Origin: Sporichthyaceae bacterium
GTDB taxonomy: Bacteria > Actinomycetota > Actinomycetes > Sporichthyales > Sporichthyaceae
NCBI GenBank assembly: GCA_036268355.1
Contig: DATAUG010000261.1
Location: forward strand, 9,092 to 73,091
Length of the DNA stretch: 64,000 nucleotides
Reading direction: 5' to 3'
In this document: positions 8,674-18,282 of the stretch, piece by piece
Position numbering within the stretch: the first letter of the stretch is position 1
How the letters are laid out: the number at the start of each line of letters is the position of its first letter
The notes under the pieces: generated by a model
Told to the model about the DNA's origin: nothing
Databases searched by the model: none
The model's input: the letters and a program-made list of their open reading frames with translations, nothing else
Position numbers and translations under genes: made by a program

Positions 8674-10728
8674 CTATTCCTGTACCAGTGCGGCGAGTAC
8701 AGCACCGATCTGCACCTGCTCGCCCTCGGCGACGTTGATCGCCGCCACCGTGCCGTCCTGCGGGCTGCGAATCGTGTGCTCCATCTTCATCGCCTCCAGC
8801 ACCAGCAGCGGTTGGCCCGCCTCGACGATGTCCCCGACGGACACCAGGACGCGGATCACCGCGCCCGGCATCGGAGCCGTCAGCCCGCCGGTCGGCCCGC
8901 CTGCGCTGGGCGCGGGCAGCGGATCGAGCAGGCTGAACGTCGAGTGGCCGAGCGGGCTGTCGACCGCGGCGGTGCCGATCGACCCGGCTGACGCCAAGTC
9001 AGAAAGGTGGACCCGGTACCGCCGCCGGACGCCGCCGGTGGTCATGTCGACGCAACTTGCGTCGGCCCCATGGATGGTCAGCGACAGCGGCTCCGCGTCG
9101 ACCTGCAGGATCGGTTCGGTGCCGGTCAGGTCGTGGCCGATCCGGACTGTCTCCCCGTCGGCGGTCTTGACGGTCAGCGTCTCCAAGGTCGAGCGGTTGT
9201 TGCGCCAGCCGCGGGGGATCGCGATCTGCGGCACCCCGGTCGGACGTTCCCGATGATGGCCGGCGATCGCGGCGACCGCCGCATGCAGTCGCTGTGTCTC
9301 GGGCGCGACCACCCGCGCGGCCAATCCGGTGACCCGGTCGAGGAAGTCGGTGGTGGTGTCGCCGGCCAGGAACTGCGGGCTGCGCAGGATCGCGACGAGC
9401 AGGTCGCGATTGGTGGTCACGCCGTGCAGGCGGGCCCGGGACAAGGCGTCGGACAGCAGAGCGGCGGCGCCGGACCGGGTGGGCGCGTGCGCGATCACCT
9501 TGGCGATCATCGAGTCGTAGTACGGGCTGACGGTCCCGCCGCTGCCCAGTGCCGCGTCCACGCGCACCCAGCCGCCAGGACCCGCCGGGCAGGAGAACTC
9601 CGATGCGGCAGCGATCTCGAACAGCTCGAACGTCCCGGAGACGGGCAGGTAGCCGGCCGCCGGGTCCTCCGCGCACAGCCGCACCTCGATCGCATGGCCG
9701 CCGACGGTCGCCGCGAGCGCGGCCGGCGGCAACGAACGGCCTGCGGCGACGGCGAACTGAAGCGCGACGAGGTCCAGGCCGGTTATCGCCTCGGTGACCG
9801 GGTGCTCGACCTGCAGCCGGGTGTTCATCTCCAGGAACGCGGCGGTTCCGTCGGCGCCGACGATGAACTCGACCGTGCCCGCGTTGCGGTAACCGACGGC
9901 TTGGGCCGCCGCGACCGCGGCCCGGCACAGCTGCTCGCGCAGTTCGGGGCCGACGAAGGCCGAGGGTGCCTCCTCGACGATCTTCTGGTGCCGGCGTTGG
10001 ATCGAGCACTCGCGTTCGAACAGCGCCACGGTGTTGCCGTGATCGTCGGCGATCACCTGGACCTCGATGTGCCGCGACGGCGACAGATACCGCTCCAGGA
10101 ACACCATCGGGTTGCCGAACGCGGAGGCCGCCTCGCGCTGGGCCGAGGCGATCGCCTCGGCCGCCTCGCCCGGCTCGGCGATGATCCGCATCCCACGACC
10201 GCCGCCACCGGCCGAGGCCTTGACGATCGCGGGCAGGCCCACCGCGGCCAGTGCCGCCGAGATCTCGACCGGCTCGCCCCCACCCTCGGGCACCGCGCGC
10301 CCGTCCTCGCCGATGGTGAAGCCCGCCAACGTGGGCACGCCCGCCGCGGCCATCATTCGCTTGGCGGTGACCTTGTCGCCCATCGCCGAGATCGCCGCCG
10401 CGGGCGGCCCGACGAAGATCAGCCCGGCGTCGGTCACCGCCTGGGCGAAGGCCGCGTTCTCCGACAGGAAGCCGTATCCCGGGTGGATCGCGTCGGCACC
10501 CACCCGGGCCGCGGCGTCCAGGATCAGCTCGCTGCGCAGGTAGGTCTGCCCGGGCGCGGTGCCGGGCAGCCGCACCGCCTCGTCGGCCTCGGCGACGAAC
10601 AACGCGTCGGCATCGGCGTCGGAGTACACGACCGCGGTCGCGATCCCCAACGCGCGCGCGCCGTGGATGACCCGTCGCGCGATCTCGCCGCGATTGGCGA
10701 CGAGAACCTTTGTTATCTGAGGGCCCAT
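8674..10728 (-). CDS. Acyl-CoA carboxylase alpha subunit (biotin carboxylase + biotin carboxyl carrier domain)
   Basis: 684 aa with N-terminal KVLVANRGEIARRV, an ATP-grasp and a C-terminal biotinylation motif EAMKMEH. This is the AccA/MccA/AtuF type. Confidence 0.92.
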   Translation of the reverse strand: MGPQITKVLVANRGEIARRVIHGARALGIATAVVYSDADADALFVAEADEAVRLPGTAPGQTYLRSELILDAAARVGADAIHPGYGFLSENAAFAQAVTDAGLIFVGPPAAAISAMGDKVTAKRMMAAAGVPTLAGFTIGEDGRAVPEGGGEPVEISAALAAVGLPAIVKASAGGGGRGMRIIAEPGEAAEAIASAQREAASAFGNPMVFLERYLSPSRHIEVQVIADDHGNTVALFERECSIQRRHQKIVEEAPSAFVGPELREQLCRAAVAAAQAVGYRNAGTVEFIVGADGTAAFLEMNTRLQVEHPVTEAITGLDLVALQFAVAAGRSLPPAALAATVGGHAIEVRLCAEDPAAGYLPVSGTFELFEIAAASEFSCPAGPGGWVRVDAALGSGGTVSPYYDSMIAKVIAHAPTRSGAAALLSDALSRARLHGVTTNRDLLVAILRSPQFLAGDTTTDFLDRVTGLAARVVAPETQRLHAAVAAIAGHHRERPTGVPQIAIPRGWRNNRSTLETLTVKTADGETVRIGHDLTGTEPILQVDAEPLSLTIHGADASCVDMTTGGVRRRYRVHLSDLASAGSIGTAAVDSPLGHSTFSLLDPLPAPSAGGPTGGLTAPMPGAVIRVLVSVGDIVEAGQPLLVLEAMKMEHTIRSPQDGTVAAINVAEGEQVQIGAVLAALVQE

Positions 10729-10860
10729 CAGCTGACGTGTCCCTTCAGCCGGCTTGCCGGCGCAGTGTTATCAATGCGCAAGAAGATCGTCAGCCGCGCA
10801 GGTCGCATTTGACCTGCGCGGCTGCCCATAGAGTGGGCATTGATAACGATCGACACAGAA

Positions 10861-12456
10861 CTACATCCGGAAGACGCCGAAGCCGCGTCGGCCCACCACG
10901 GGCGCGCCGTGCACGGCGGAGAGGGTGATGCCCAGCACGGTCCGGGTGTCCGCGGGGTCGATGATGCCGTCGTCGTAGAGCTTCCCGGACATGAAGAACG
11001 CATGTGACTCGCGTTCGATCTGGGCCTCGATCGCCGCGGTGCGCTCGGCGTCGCGCGCCTCGTCGAATTCCTTGCCGGCCGCGGCGGCCGCGTCGCGGGC
11101 CACGATCGAGAGCACCCCGGCCAACTGCTGCGGACCCATCACCGCGATCCGCGAGTTGGGCCAGGTGAACAGGAACCGCGGCTCGTACGCCCTGCCGCAC
11201 ATGCCGTAGTTGCCGGCGCCGTACGACGCCCCGATGATCACCGAGATGTGCGGCACCCCGGAGTTCGCGACGGCGTTGATCATCTTCGCGCCGTCCTTGA
11301 TGATGCCGCCCTGCTCGAAGGACTTGCCGACGATGTAGCCGGTCGTGTTGTGCAGGAAGATCAGCGGGGTGTCGATCTGGTTCGACAGCTGGATGAACTC
11401 GGTGGCCTTGTTGGCCTCCTCGCTGAAGATCACCCCCCGGGCGTTGGCCAGCACGCCCACCCGGTAGCCGTGGATCATGCCCCACCCGGTCACCAGCGAG
11501 GTGCCGTAGTCGGGCTTGTACTCGGAGAACTCGCTGGCATCCAGCAGCCGGGCCAGCACCTCGCGCACCGAGAACGGCACCCGCAGGTCGGCCGAGGCGA
11601 TGCCGCGCAGTTCGCGCGGGTCGAACAGCGGTGCCCGTACCGGCACCGGGGCCGGCCCTTGCTTGCGCCAGTTGACCGACGCGACGATCTGCCGGCCGAT
11701 CCGGATCGCGTCGCGCTCGTCGACCGCGATGTAGTCGCTCAACCCGGAGGTGAACGTGTGCATGCGGGCGCCGCCGAGTTCCTCGTCGGTGGACACCTCG
11801 CCGGTCGCCATCCTGACCAGCGGTGGGCCGCCCAGGAACACCTTCGACTGCCCGTCGATCATCACGGTGTAGTCGCACATGCCGGGCACGTAGGCGCCGC
11901 CGGCGGTGGAGTTGCCGAACACCAACGCAATGGTGGGGATGCCCATCGCCGACAGCTGGGTGAGGTCGCGGAACAACTGGCCCGCGGGCACGAACAGGTC
12001 GGCCTGGCTGGGCAGGTCCGCGCCGCCGGACTCCACCAGGTTCATCACCGGCATCCGGTTGAGCCGGGCGATCTGCAGGGCGCGCAGCATCTTGCGCCAG
12101 GTGAACGGGTTGGACGTGCCGCCCTTGACGGTGCCGTCGTTGCCGATGAAGACGCACTCGACGCCCTCGACGACCCCGATCCCGGTGACCACGCTGCCGC
12201 CGACCGTGTAGTCGCTGCCCCAACCGGCCAGCGTGGAGAGCTCGAGGAACGCCGAGCCCGGGTCGACCAGCAGGTCGATGCGTTCACGCACGGTCATCCG
12301 GCCGCGCTCGCGGTGCCGCGCCATGTACGCGGCGCCCCCACCGGCGCGCGCCACCGCCAGTTGCTCATCGAGCAACTTCAACATGCCCTCGTTGTGCGCG
12401 AGGTTGTTCCGGTACTCGTCACCGGTGACGTCGAGTTCGGAACGCAAGGTCGGCAC
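10861..12456 (-). CDS. Acyl-CoA carboxylase beta subunit (carboxyltransferase, methylcrotonyl/geranyl-CoA carboxylase type)
   Basis: C-terminal 531 aa of ORF 10861..12972, with carboxyl_trans blocks (GGGA..M.RHRERGRMTVRERI, ESGGADL, FGNSTAGGAYVPGM). GTG start at 12456 is preceded by GGAGGA at 6 nt. The upstream part of the ORF is Arg/Pro-rich artefact. Confidence 0.9.
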   Translation of the reverse strand: MPTLRSELDVTGDEYRNNLAHNEGMLKLLDEQLAVARAGGGAAYMARHRERGRMTVRERIDLLVDPGSAFLELSTLAGWGSDYTVGGSVVTGIGVVEGVECVFIGNDGTVKGGTSNPFTWRKMLRALQIARLNRMPVMNLVESGGADLPSQADLFVPAGQLFRDLTQLSAMGIPTIALVFGNSTAGGAYVPGMCDYTVMIDGQSKVFLGGPPLVRMATGEVSTDEELGGARMHTFTSGLSDYIAVDERDAIRIGRQIVASVNWRKQGPAPVPVRAPLFDPRELRGIASADLRVPFSVREVLARLLDASEFSEYKPDYGTSLVTGWGMIHGYRVGVLANARGVIFSEEANKATEFIQLSNQIDTPLIFLHNTTGYIVGKSFEQGGIIKDGAKMINAVANSGVPHISVIIGASYGAGNYGMCGRAYEPRFLFTWPNSRIAVMGPQQLAGVLSIVARDAAAAAGKEFDEARDAERTAAIEAQIERESHAFFMSGKLYDDGIIDPADTRTVLGITLSAVHGAPVVGRRGFGVFRM

Positions 12457-12580
12457 GTGCGTCCTCCGCGGGGTTGTCAGCGCCGTGGCGCCCGGATGGT
12501 TCGTCCGGTGCGGGCGAGGAACCTCGCGCGCCGCTCCCGGCGGGTCCGAGTGCCGCGTCCCGGGGCCGCGGATCGGCCCT

Positions 12581-12604
12581 GGACGTTTATAGACATTAAC
12601 ATGG
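12581..12604. promoter_or_regulatory. Candidate TetR operator or -10 region upstream of the carboxylase operon (GGACGTTTATAGACATTAACATGG)
   Basis: An AT-rich imperfect inverted repeat (GGACGTTTAT / ATTAACATGG) in an otherwise GC-rich 220-bp intergenic region. A related GTCATTAACGTCC occurs in the same gene-relative orientation upstream of atuA. Confidence 0.3.
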
Positions 12605-12677
12605 CATTCCGGGCGATGTCCATGCAGCAGTTCGGTGCAACGCTGCGGCAGTCCATTTCGACACCGGTCCCCCGGGG

Positions 12678-13376
12678 TCAGTCCGTGGCCCGCGGCGGGC
12701 TGCCGGCGGCGCGGGTCCGGCCCTCGGGGCCGTCGGCGGCGCGTATCACGCGCATCCGCTCGGCCCGGCCGGCGGCCGGCGGCAGCGGCGGGATCGGGGT
12801 GTCGATCAGCACGTGCAGCGCCATCGCGACCAGGATCGGCTCCAACTGCTCGCGGGTGAGCTTGTTGCCGAACTCGGTCGCGGACTGGATCAGTGCGATC
12901 GCGCCCTGGCACATGGTCCGGATCTGTTCGATGTCCAACTCGGGACGCAGTTGGTTGAGTGCGCGGACCCATTCCTCGGTGTACAGCCGCTGGAGATAGC
13001 GCAGTCGGTGGCGGTCCGGTGCGGGCAGGCTGCGGAACTCGGTTCGCCAGGTCACGATGTTGGCGGTCTGGTCGAACACGAACTTCACGTGGTTGGCGAT
13101 GATCGCCGCCAGCGCCTCGCGCGGATCGACGATGCGGCGGGCCAGGTCGCCGACCTCCTGCAGGTGGTAGCTGATCGCGTCGTCGAGGATCGCGACCAGC
13201 ACCGCTTCCTTGCTCGGGTAGTGGCGGTAGAAGGCCGGTCCGGTGAGGCCGAGTTCGCCGCTGATGTCGTTGATCCCGACCGCGTGGTAGCCGCGCTGGG
13301 CGAACAGCCGCGCGGCCGCCTCGATCAGCTCCCGCTGGCGCGGGGTCCGCGAGTCGTTCCCGGGGGCGAGCGTCAC
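12678..13376 (-). CDS. TetR/AcrR family transcriptional regulator (AtuR-like by context)
   Basis: HTH RQRELIEAAARLFAQRGYHAVGINDISGELGLTGPAFYRHYPSKEAVL. GTG start at 13376 is preceded by GAAGGAGG. Divergent from atuA. Confidence 0.88.
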   Translation of the reverse strand: MTLAPGNDSRTPRQRELIEAAARLFAQRGYHAVGINDISGELGLTGPAFYRHYPSKEAVLVAILDDAISYHLQEVGDLARRIVDPREALAAIIANHVKFVFDQTANIVTWRTEFRSLPAPDRHRLRYLQRLYTEEWVRALNQLRPELDIEQIRTMCQGAIALIQSATEFGNKLTREQLEPILVAMALHVLIDTPIPPLPPAAGRAERMRVIRAADGPEGRTRAAGSPPRATD

Positions 13377-13497
13377 CGGCCGCCTCCTTCGTCGTTGCGG
13401 AGTGACTGATGGATAACGATGGGCGTCGGACCGCGGTTTGTCGAGACGGCGCCCCGGGGTATGGTCGCCGGAGCGGCCCGGATGTGAACGCCGCGTC

Positions 13498-13530
13498 CTT
13501 GACATCTCGTGTTTGCCGTCATTAACGTCC
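13498..13530 (+). promoter_or_regulatory. Putative sigma-70-type promoter of atuA (TTGACA ... TAACGT) overlapping the shared GTCATTAACGTCC motif
   Basis: TTGACA at 13498..13503 and a TANNNT-type hexamer about 18 nt downstream, roughly 45 nt upstream of the atuA ATG. Sequence inspection only. Confidence 0.35.
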
Positions 13531-13573
13531 CAGTGGGGCGACCCTCCGCGGCGCCCACCCGAGGAGGCAACGG

Positions 13574-15415
13574 ATGACTACGGGTGAGTCCGGTTCGATC
13601 GTCATCGCCAACTGCGGCGGGTTCTGGGGCGACGACCCCACCGCGGCGCGTCGGCAGGTCGAGGGCGGGCCGATCGACTACCTGGTCATGGACTACCTCG
13701 CCGAGGTGACCATGGCGATCCTGCAGAAGCAGCGGGCCCGCAAGCCGGAGCTCGGGTACGCCGGGGATTTCCTGCTCCAGATGCGCGACGTGCTCGTGTC
13801 GTGCATGGAGCGCGGGGTCACGATCATCACCAACGCCGGCGGGGTGAACCCGCGCGCCTGCGCCGCCGCGGTCGAGGCGCTGGCCGCCGAACTCGGCGTG
13901 GCCGACAAAGTGCACGTCGGGGTGGTGGCCGGCGACGACCTGTTCGGCGACCTCGACGGGCTGATCGCCGGGGGTCAGTCATTGACCAATCTGGAGACCG
14001 GTCGCCCGTTGTCCGATGTCCGGGACTCGGTGCTGGCCGCGAACGTCTACCTGGGTGCGCCCGCCATCGTGCGAGCTCTGGAGCTGGGCGCCAATGTGAT
14101 CGTCGCCGGCCGCGTGACCGACACCTCGGTGACGCTGGCCCCGATGATCCACCGCTTCGGCTGGGCGCCGGACGATTGGGATTCCCTCGCCGCCGGTGTC
14201 GTCGCCGGGCACATCATCGAGTGTGGCTGCCAGTGCACCGGTGGCAATTTCACCGACTGGCAGAAGGTGCCCAGCCACCTGAACATGGGCTACCCGTTGA
14301 TCGAGGCGCACGCCGACGGCACCTTCGTGGTGACCAAGCACCCCGGCACGGGCGGCCTGGTCAGCGTCCACACCGTCAGCGAGCAACTGCTCTATGAGAT
14401 GGGCGCCCCGGGATACCTGTCGCCGGACTGCGTGGCGCGCTTCGACTCGATCCGGCTGACCCAGCAGGGCCCGGACCGGGTGCACGTCTCCGGGATTGTG
14501 GGCGGCCCGCCGCCGGAAAAGCTCAAGGTCGCGGTCAGCGTGGCCGACGGGTACCGCAGCGTCGGTCGACTGCTGGTCTCCGGCCCGGACACGTTGCGCA
14601 AGGCGCGGGCGGCCGCTGACCTGATCTGGAGCCTGGCCGGTGGGACGGAGAGCTACGAGGCCACCGCCACGTCGTTCATCGGCTGGGACGCCGCGCATCC
14701 GCCGCTGGGCAGCGAGGAACCCAGCGAGGTGCTGGTGCATCTGGCGGTGCGCGATCAGGACCGGCGGAAGATCGACAAGCAGTTCGCGCCGATGGTCGTG
14801 GGCTCGATGCTGCAGTCGATGCCGGGCATGACCGTCCCCGCTGAGCAGGGCCGACCGCGGGTCACCGACGTGGTTGCGCACTGGCCCGCGCTGATCGCCC
14901 GCGACCAGGTCTCGCCGATCGTGACGGTGGGTCAGATCACCGAGTCCGTCTCGGCGGCCGCGACCGCGACCGTCGATCCCGGGCAGATATCGGGCGTGGC
15001 GATCGGTGCCGAGGCGATCGTGGCCTACACCCCGGACGACTCCGCGCCGGTCACCGTGCCGCTGATCCGCCTGTGCCTCGGCCGCTCCGGCGACAAGGGC
15101 GACACCGCCAACGTCGGCGTCATCGCCCGCAGCCCGCTGATCTACTCCTGGCTGGTGCAGTACCTGTCCGCGGACGTGGTCAAGGCGCACTTCAAGGAGA
15201 TCTGCCACGGGCCGGTGGAACGACATCCGCTGCCCAACCTGCTCGCCGTGAACTTCCTGTTGCACAACAGCCTCGGCGGCGGCGGGACGTCGTCGCTGAT
15301 CTTCGACGCCCAGGGCAAGACCTACGCCCAGTACCTGCTGAGCATGGAGGTCACCGTGCCCTCGTCCCTGGTGGCGAGCGCCGGCTCGCGGCGAACGTGT
15401 ACTGCCTGCGGTTGA
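13574..15415 (+). CDS. atuA: Acyclic terpene utilisation AtuA family protein (DUF1446), long form
   Basis: 613 aa. N-terminus IANCGGFWGDDPTAARRQVEGGPIDYLVMDYLAEVTMAIL is the characteristic DUF1446/AtuA signature. The extra ~100 C-terminal residues suggest a fused accessory domain. Confidence 0.85.
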   Translation: MTTGESGSIVIANCGGFWGDDPTAARRQVEGGPIDYLVMDYLAEVTMAILQKQRARKPELGYAGDFLLQMRDVLVSCMERGVTIITNAGGVNPRACAAAVEALAAELGVADKVHVGVVAGDDLFGDLDGLIAGGQSLTNLETGRPLSDVRDSVLAANVYLGAPAIVRALELGANVIVAGRVTDTSVTLAPMIHRFGWAPDDWDSLAAGVVAGHIIECGCQCTGGNFTDWQKVPSHLNMGYPLIEAHADGTFVVTKHPGTGGLVSVHTVSEQLLYEMGAPGYLSPDCVARFDSIRLTQQGPDRVHVSGIVGGPPPEKLKVAVSVADGYRSVGRLLVSGPDTLRKARAAADLIWSLAGGTESYEATATSFIGWDAAHPPLGSEEPSEVLVHLAVRDQDRRKIDKQFAPMVVGSMLQSMPGMTVPAEQGRPRVTDVVAHWPALIARDQVSPIVTVGQITESVSAAATATVDPGQISGVAIGAEAIVAYTPDDSAPVTVPLIRLCLGRSGDKGDTANVGVIARSPLIYSWLVQYLSADVVKAHFKEICHGPVERHPLPNLLAVNFLLHNSLGGGGTSSLIFDAQGKTYAQYLLSMEVTVPSSLVASAGSRRTCTACG

Positions 15416-15466
15416 CCCTCGAGCCCCGATGGTCCCGCCGCCGACTGCCGCAGAAACATCCGTAGC

Positions 15467-15506
15467 GTCCGGGTAACCGAGACCTATAGGTCACGGTTAC
15501 CCGGAC
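15467..15506. other. 40-bp near-perfect palindrome (19/20 bp arms) between atuA and pta
   Basis: GTCCGGGTAACCGAGACCTA|TAGGTCACGGTTACCCGGAC with a single mismatch pair and an AT-rich CTATAG centre. Begins 52 nt after the atuA stop and ends 24 nt before the pta GTG. Confidence 0.85.
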
Positions 15507-15529
15507 GCAACGATGGGGGTGGGGGCGCG

Positions 15530-16477
15530 GTGAGTGAGATTCGGGCGCGGCTGCGGGAGCAGGCGGCGGCGGCGCCGCGACGCATCGTGCTGGCCGAGTC
15601 GGCCGATCCCCGGGTGCAGGCGGCGGCGGCCGAACTCACCGCAGCCGGACTGGCCGTTCCGGTGCTGCCCGACGAGGCGTTGCTGGCCGCACACGAGGCG
15701 GAGTTGCTGGCTTGCTACGTGGCCGCGCGGCGGGCCAAGGGCGTTGAACCGGAGCCGGCCGAGTTGGCCGAGGCCCTGCGCGACCCGCCGACCGCCGGGG
15801 CGCTGCTGGTAGCCATCGGGCTGGCCGACGGATGTGTGGCCGGTGCGGTGGCGACGACCGCCCAGACCGTCCGGGCGGCGTTGCGGGTGATCGGCACCGC
15901 GCCCGGCGTGCGAATGATCTCCAGCTTCTTCCTGATGCACTGCCCGCACGCCGAAGGCGGACCACGGTCACTTATCTTCAGCGACTGCGGGGTCGTCCCG
16001 GACCCGTCGGCGAATTCGTTGGCCGACATCGCGATCGCGGCCGCAGCCAGTGCGGAGGCGTTCCTCGGCGAGCCGGCGCGGGTGGCCATGCTCAGTTTCT
16101 CCACCCACGGCAGCGCCCAGCATCGCCGGACGGAGAAGGTGATCGCGGCGACCGCGTTGGTTCGCGAACGCCGTCCGGACCTCTGCATAGACGGCGAACT
16201 GCAGGGCGACGCGGCACTGGTCGAGGCCGTGGCCGCGGCCAAGGCCCCGGGTGGGGCGGTCGGTGGCCGCGCCAATGTGCTGGTGTTCCCCGACCTCGAT
16301 TCCGGCAACATCGCCTACAAGCTCGTCGCCCGACTCGGTTCGGCAATCGCGGTCGGGCCGATCCTGCAGGGGCTGGCCCGGCCGATGAACGACCTGTCGC
16401 GCGGCGCGGACGTCGGCGACATCGTCGACGCCGCCTGCATCACCGCGATCCAGGCCGCCCGCGCACCGCGCGGCTGA
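15530..16477 (+). CDS. pta: Phosphate acetyltransferase (short PTA_PTB form)
   Basis: 315 aa with [22 protein letters not shown] and [18 protein letters not shown] motifs of phosphotransacetylases. GTG start. Confidence 0.85.
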   Translation: MSEIRARLREQAAAAPRRIVLAESADPRVQAAAAELTAAGLAVPVLPDEALLAAHEAELLACYVAARRAKGVEPEPAELAEALRDPPTAGALLVAIGLADGCVAGAVATTAQTVRAALRVIGTAPGVRMISSFFLMHCPHAEGGPRSLIFSDCGVVPDPSANSLADIAIAAAASAEAFLGEPARVAMLSFSTHGSAQHRRTEKVIAATALVRERRPDLCIDGELQGDAALVEAVAAAKAPGGAVGGRANVLVFPDLDSGNIAYKLVARLGSAIAVGPILQGLARPMNDLSRGADVGDIVDAACITAIQAARAPRG

Positions 16478-16634
16478 CGGGTGCAGGAATCCGTCGTCTT
16501 GCGGCACCGGCACGAGTCCAGTACGTTAACCACCATAAACGTCATGATCGGCAGGCGCTGAAGATCGGCGCATGAGACAAGGTCGACGAGGTGGCGGATG
16601 GCTGCGAAGGCGCCGTGAGCGAAGGGTAACTCAA

Positions 16635-17600
16635 ATGCATTACAACTTCGGAATCAAGTGGCTCAAGGCCTTCCGGGAGAGCTCGGAGGCAGTCTGCAAC
16701 CTCTACGACAAGGACGGCTTCGTCTTCGAGGACGTCATGCTCGACCAGCACAATCTCACCGACTACTCCGACCTGCTGCGCAACTTCGCGCCGTACGCAA
16801 ACAAGGACCCCGAGGCCGGGATCGGCATCCACAACTTCCGCATCCGCTCCTACATCGGTGACCGGCACTCGGGCCTGCTGCGCTGGGAGTGGTACCCGGA
16901 GCACTGCGCGATGTTCCTCGGACTGGACGTGGCCGGCAAGCCGTTCGGCACCCAGGGCCACACCTTCCACCAGTACAACTCCCACGGCCTGATCGTCCGC
17001 GAGTCCTCCTGGTGGGATGCGAGCGCGATCCTGCGCGCCGTCGGCCCGGTCGCCCCGACCAAGAGCCTCACCGGCAAGACGTGCATCGCTTCCGCCGCCG
17101 GCGGTGTGTTCCGCAAGTGCGCATCCGGCACCGAGCACGCGCAGAACTGGTGCACCGCGCTGGGCAATGACATCGCGGCGCTGCGAGCGATGTACGCCGA
17201 CTTCTTCACGCTCGAGCACACGATGGTGGACGACCACGAGGCGGACACCATCACCGACGGCGCCATGCTGGCCGACGCACTCGGCGGCATATCGAGTGCG
17301 GAGAACGGCATCTACACGTTCACCCCGACCGAGATCTTCGAGGGCAACGGCCACCAGTTGACCCACTGGAGCGTCACGATCGAGGGGGCGTCGACGTACC
17401 GTGGCCTGCCCACCGGTGGCAAGACGCTGACCACGATCGGCTCGACCTTCCACGAGTTCGACGCCGACGGCCGGATCGCGTTGGAGTCGACCTGCTGGGA
17501 GGACAACCGGGTGTTCGTCCAACTCGGTCTGCCGATCCTGCGCCCGCACTACTGGGAGGCGGACTTCGACATGGCGGCTTTCGTGGCGAGCCTCGGCTGA
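16635..17600 (+). CDS. Tandem NTF2/SnoaL-like domain protein (function unknown)
   Basis: ATG 16635 (GAAGGG upstream) within ORF 16572..17600. Two ~135-150-aa halves each have the look of a SnoaL/NTF2 cone (W/Y/H-rich, ...HEFDADGRIALESTCWED...). No catalytic assignment is possible. Confidence 0.55.
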   Translation: MHYNFGIKWLKAFRESSEAVCNLYDKDGFVFEDVMLDQHNLTDYSDLLRNFAPYANKDPEAGIGIHNFRIRSYIGDRHSGLLRWEWYPEHCAMFLGLDVAGKPFGTQGHTFHQYNSHGLIVRESSWWDASAILRAVGPVAPTKSLTGKTCIASAAGGVFRKCASGTEHAQNWCTALGNDIAALRAMYADFFTLEHTMVDDHEADTITDGAMLADALGGISSAENGIYTFTPTEIFEGNGHQLTHWSVTIEGASTYRGLPTGGKTLTTIGSTFHEFDADGRIALESTCWEDNRVFVQLGLPILRPHYWEADFDMAAFVASLG

Positions 17601-17676
17601 GACACTCGGTCCGACGGCGGCACCGGCTCCACGCCGTCGTCGGACCGACCCGCACGGATCGGAAGGAGTCCCGCAA

Positions 17677-18282
17677 ATGTCCAGTACCGCACCGGTGCGA
17701 GTGCTGTGCATCGGAGGTTCCACGCGTCCGGGTTCGGGATCCGAGTCGGCTGTGCGGGTCTGCGCCGCCGCGGTCCGTGAGGCCGGCGCGGAGGTTGATC
17801 TGATCCTCAGCCGTGACCTGATGTTCCCGATCTATGACACCGAGACCGCCGAGCGCGATCCACTCGCTGCCTGCTTCGTGGCCGCGGTTCGGGCCGCCGA
17901 CGCATTGGTCGTCGCCTCGCCCGGCTACCACGGGTCGATGTCCGGGATGATCAAGAACGCGCTCGACTACATCGAGGACACCCGCGGCGACGAACGCGTC
18001 TACCTCGACGGGATGCCGGTCGGCTGCATCGCGGTGGCCTACGGTTGGCAGGCGACGGTCTCGACGCTGCAGAGCCTGCGGGTCACCGTCCATTCGCTGC
18101 GCGGCTGGCCGTCGCCGTTGGGCGCGACGATCAACGCCTCGTCGGGGAAGATATTCGACGCGGCCGGGGGATGTGTCGACGACTCGGCACGGTTCCAGTT
18201 GGAGACCGTCGCCAGTCAGGTGGTTGAATTCGCCGCGCTGCGAAAGGCCGGGCTCAACAGCCTGGCCACAGCGGGACAGTAA
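17677..18282 (+). CDS. NADPH-dependent FMN reductase family protein
   Basis: 201 aa. VLCIGGSTRPGS, ADALVVASPGYHGSMSGMIKNALDY is the FMN_red signature. Confidence 0.85.
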   Translation: MSSTAPVRVLCIGGSTRPGSGSESAVRVCAAAVREAGAEVDLILSRDLMFPIYDTETAERDPLAACFVAAVRAADALVVASPGYHGSMSGMIKNALDYIEDTRGDERVYLDGMPVGCIAVAYGWQATVSTLQSLRVTVHSLRGWPSPLGATINASSGKIFDAAGGCVDDSARFQLETVASQVVEFAALRKAGLNSLATAGQ

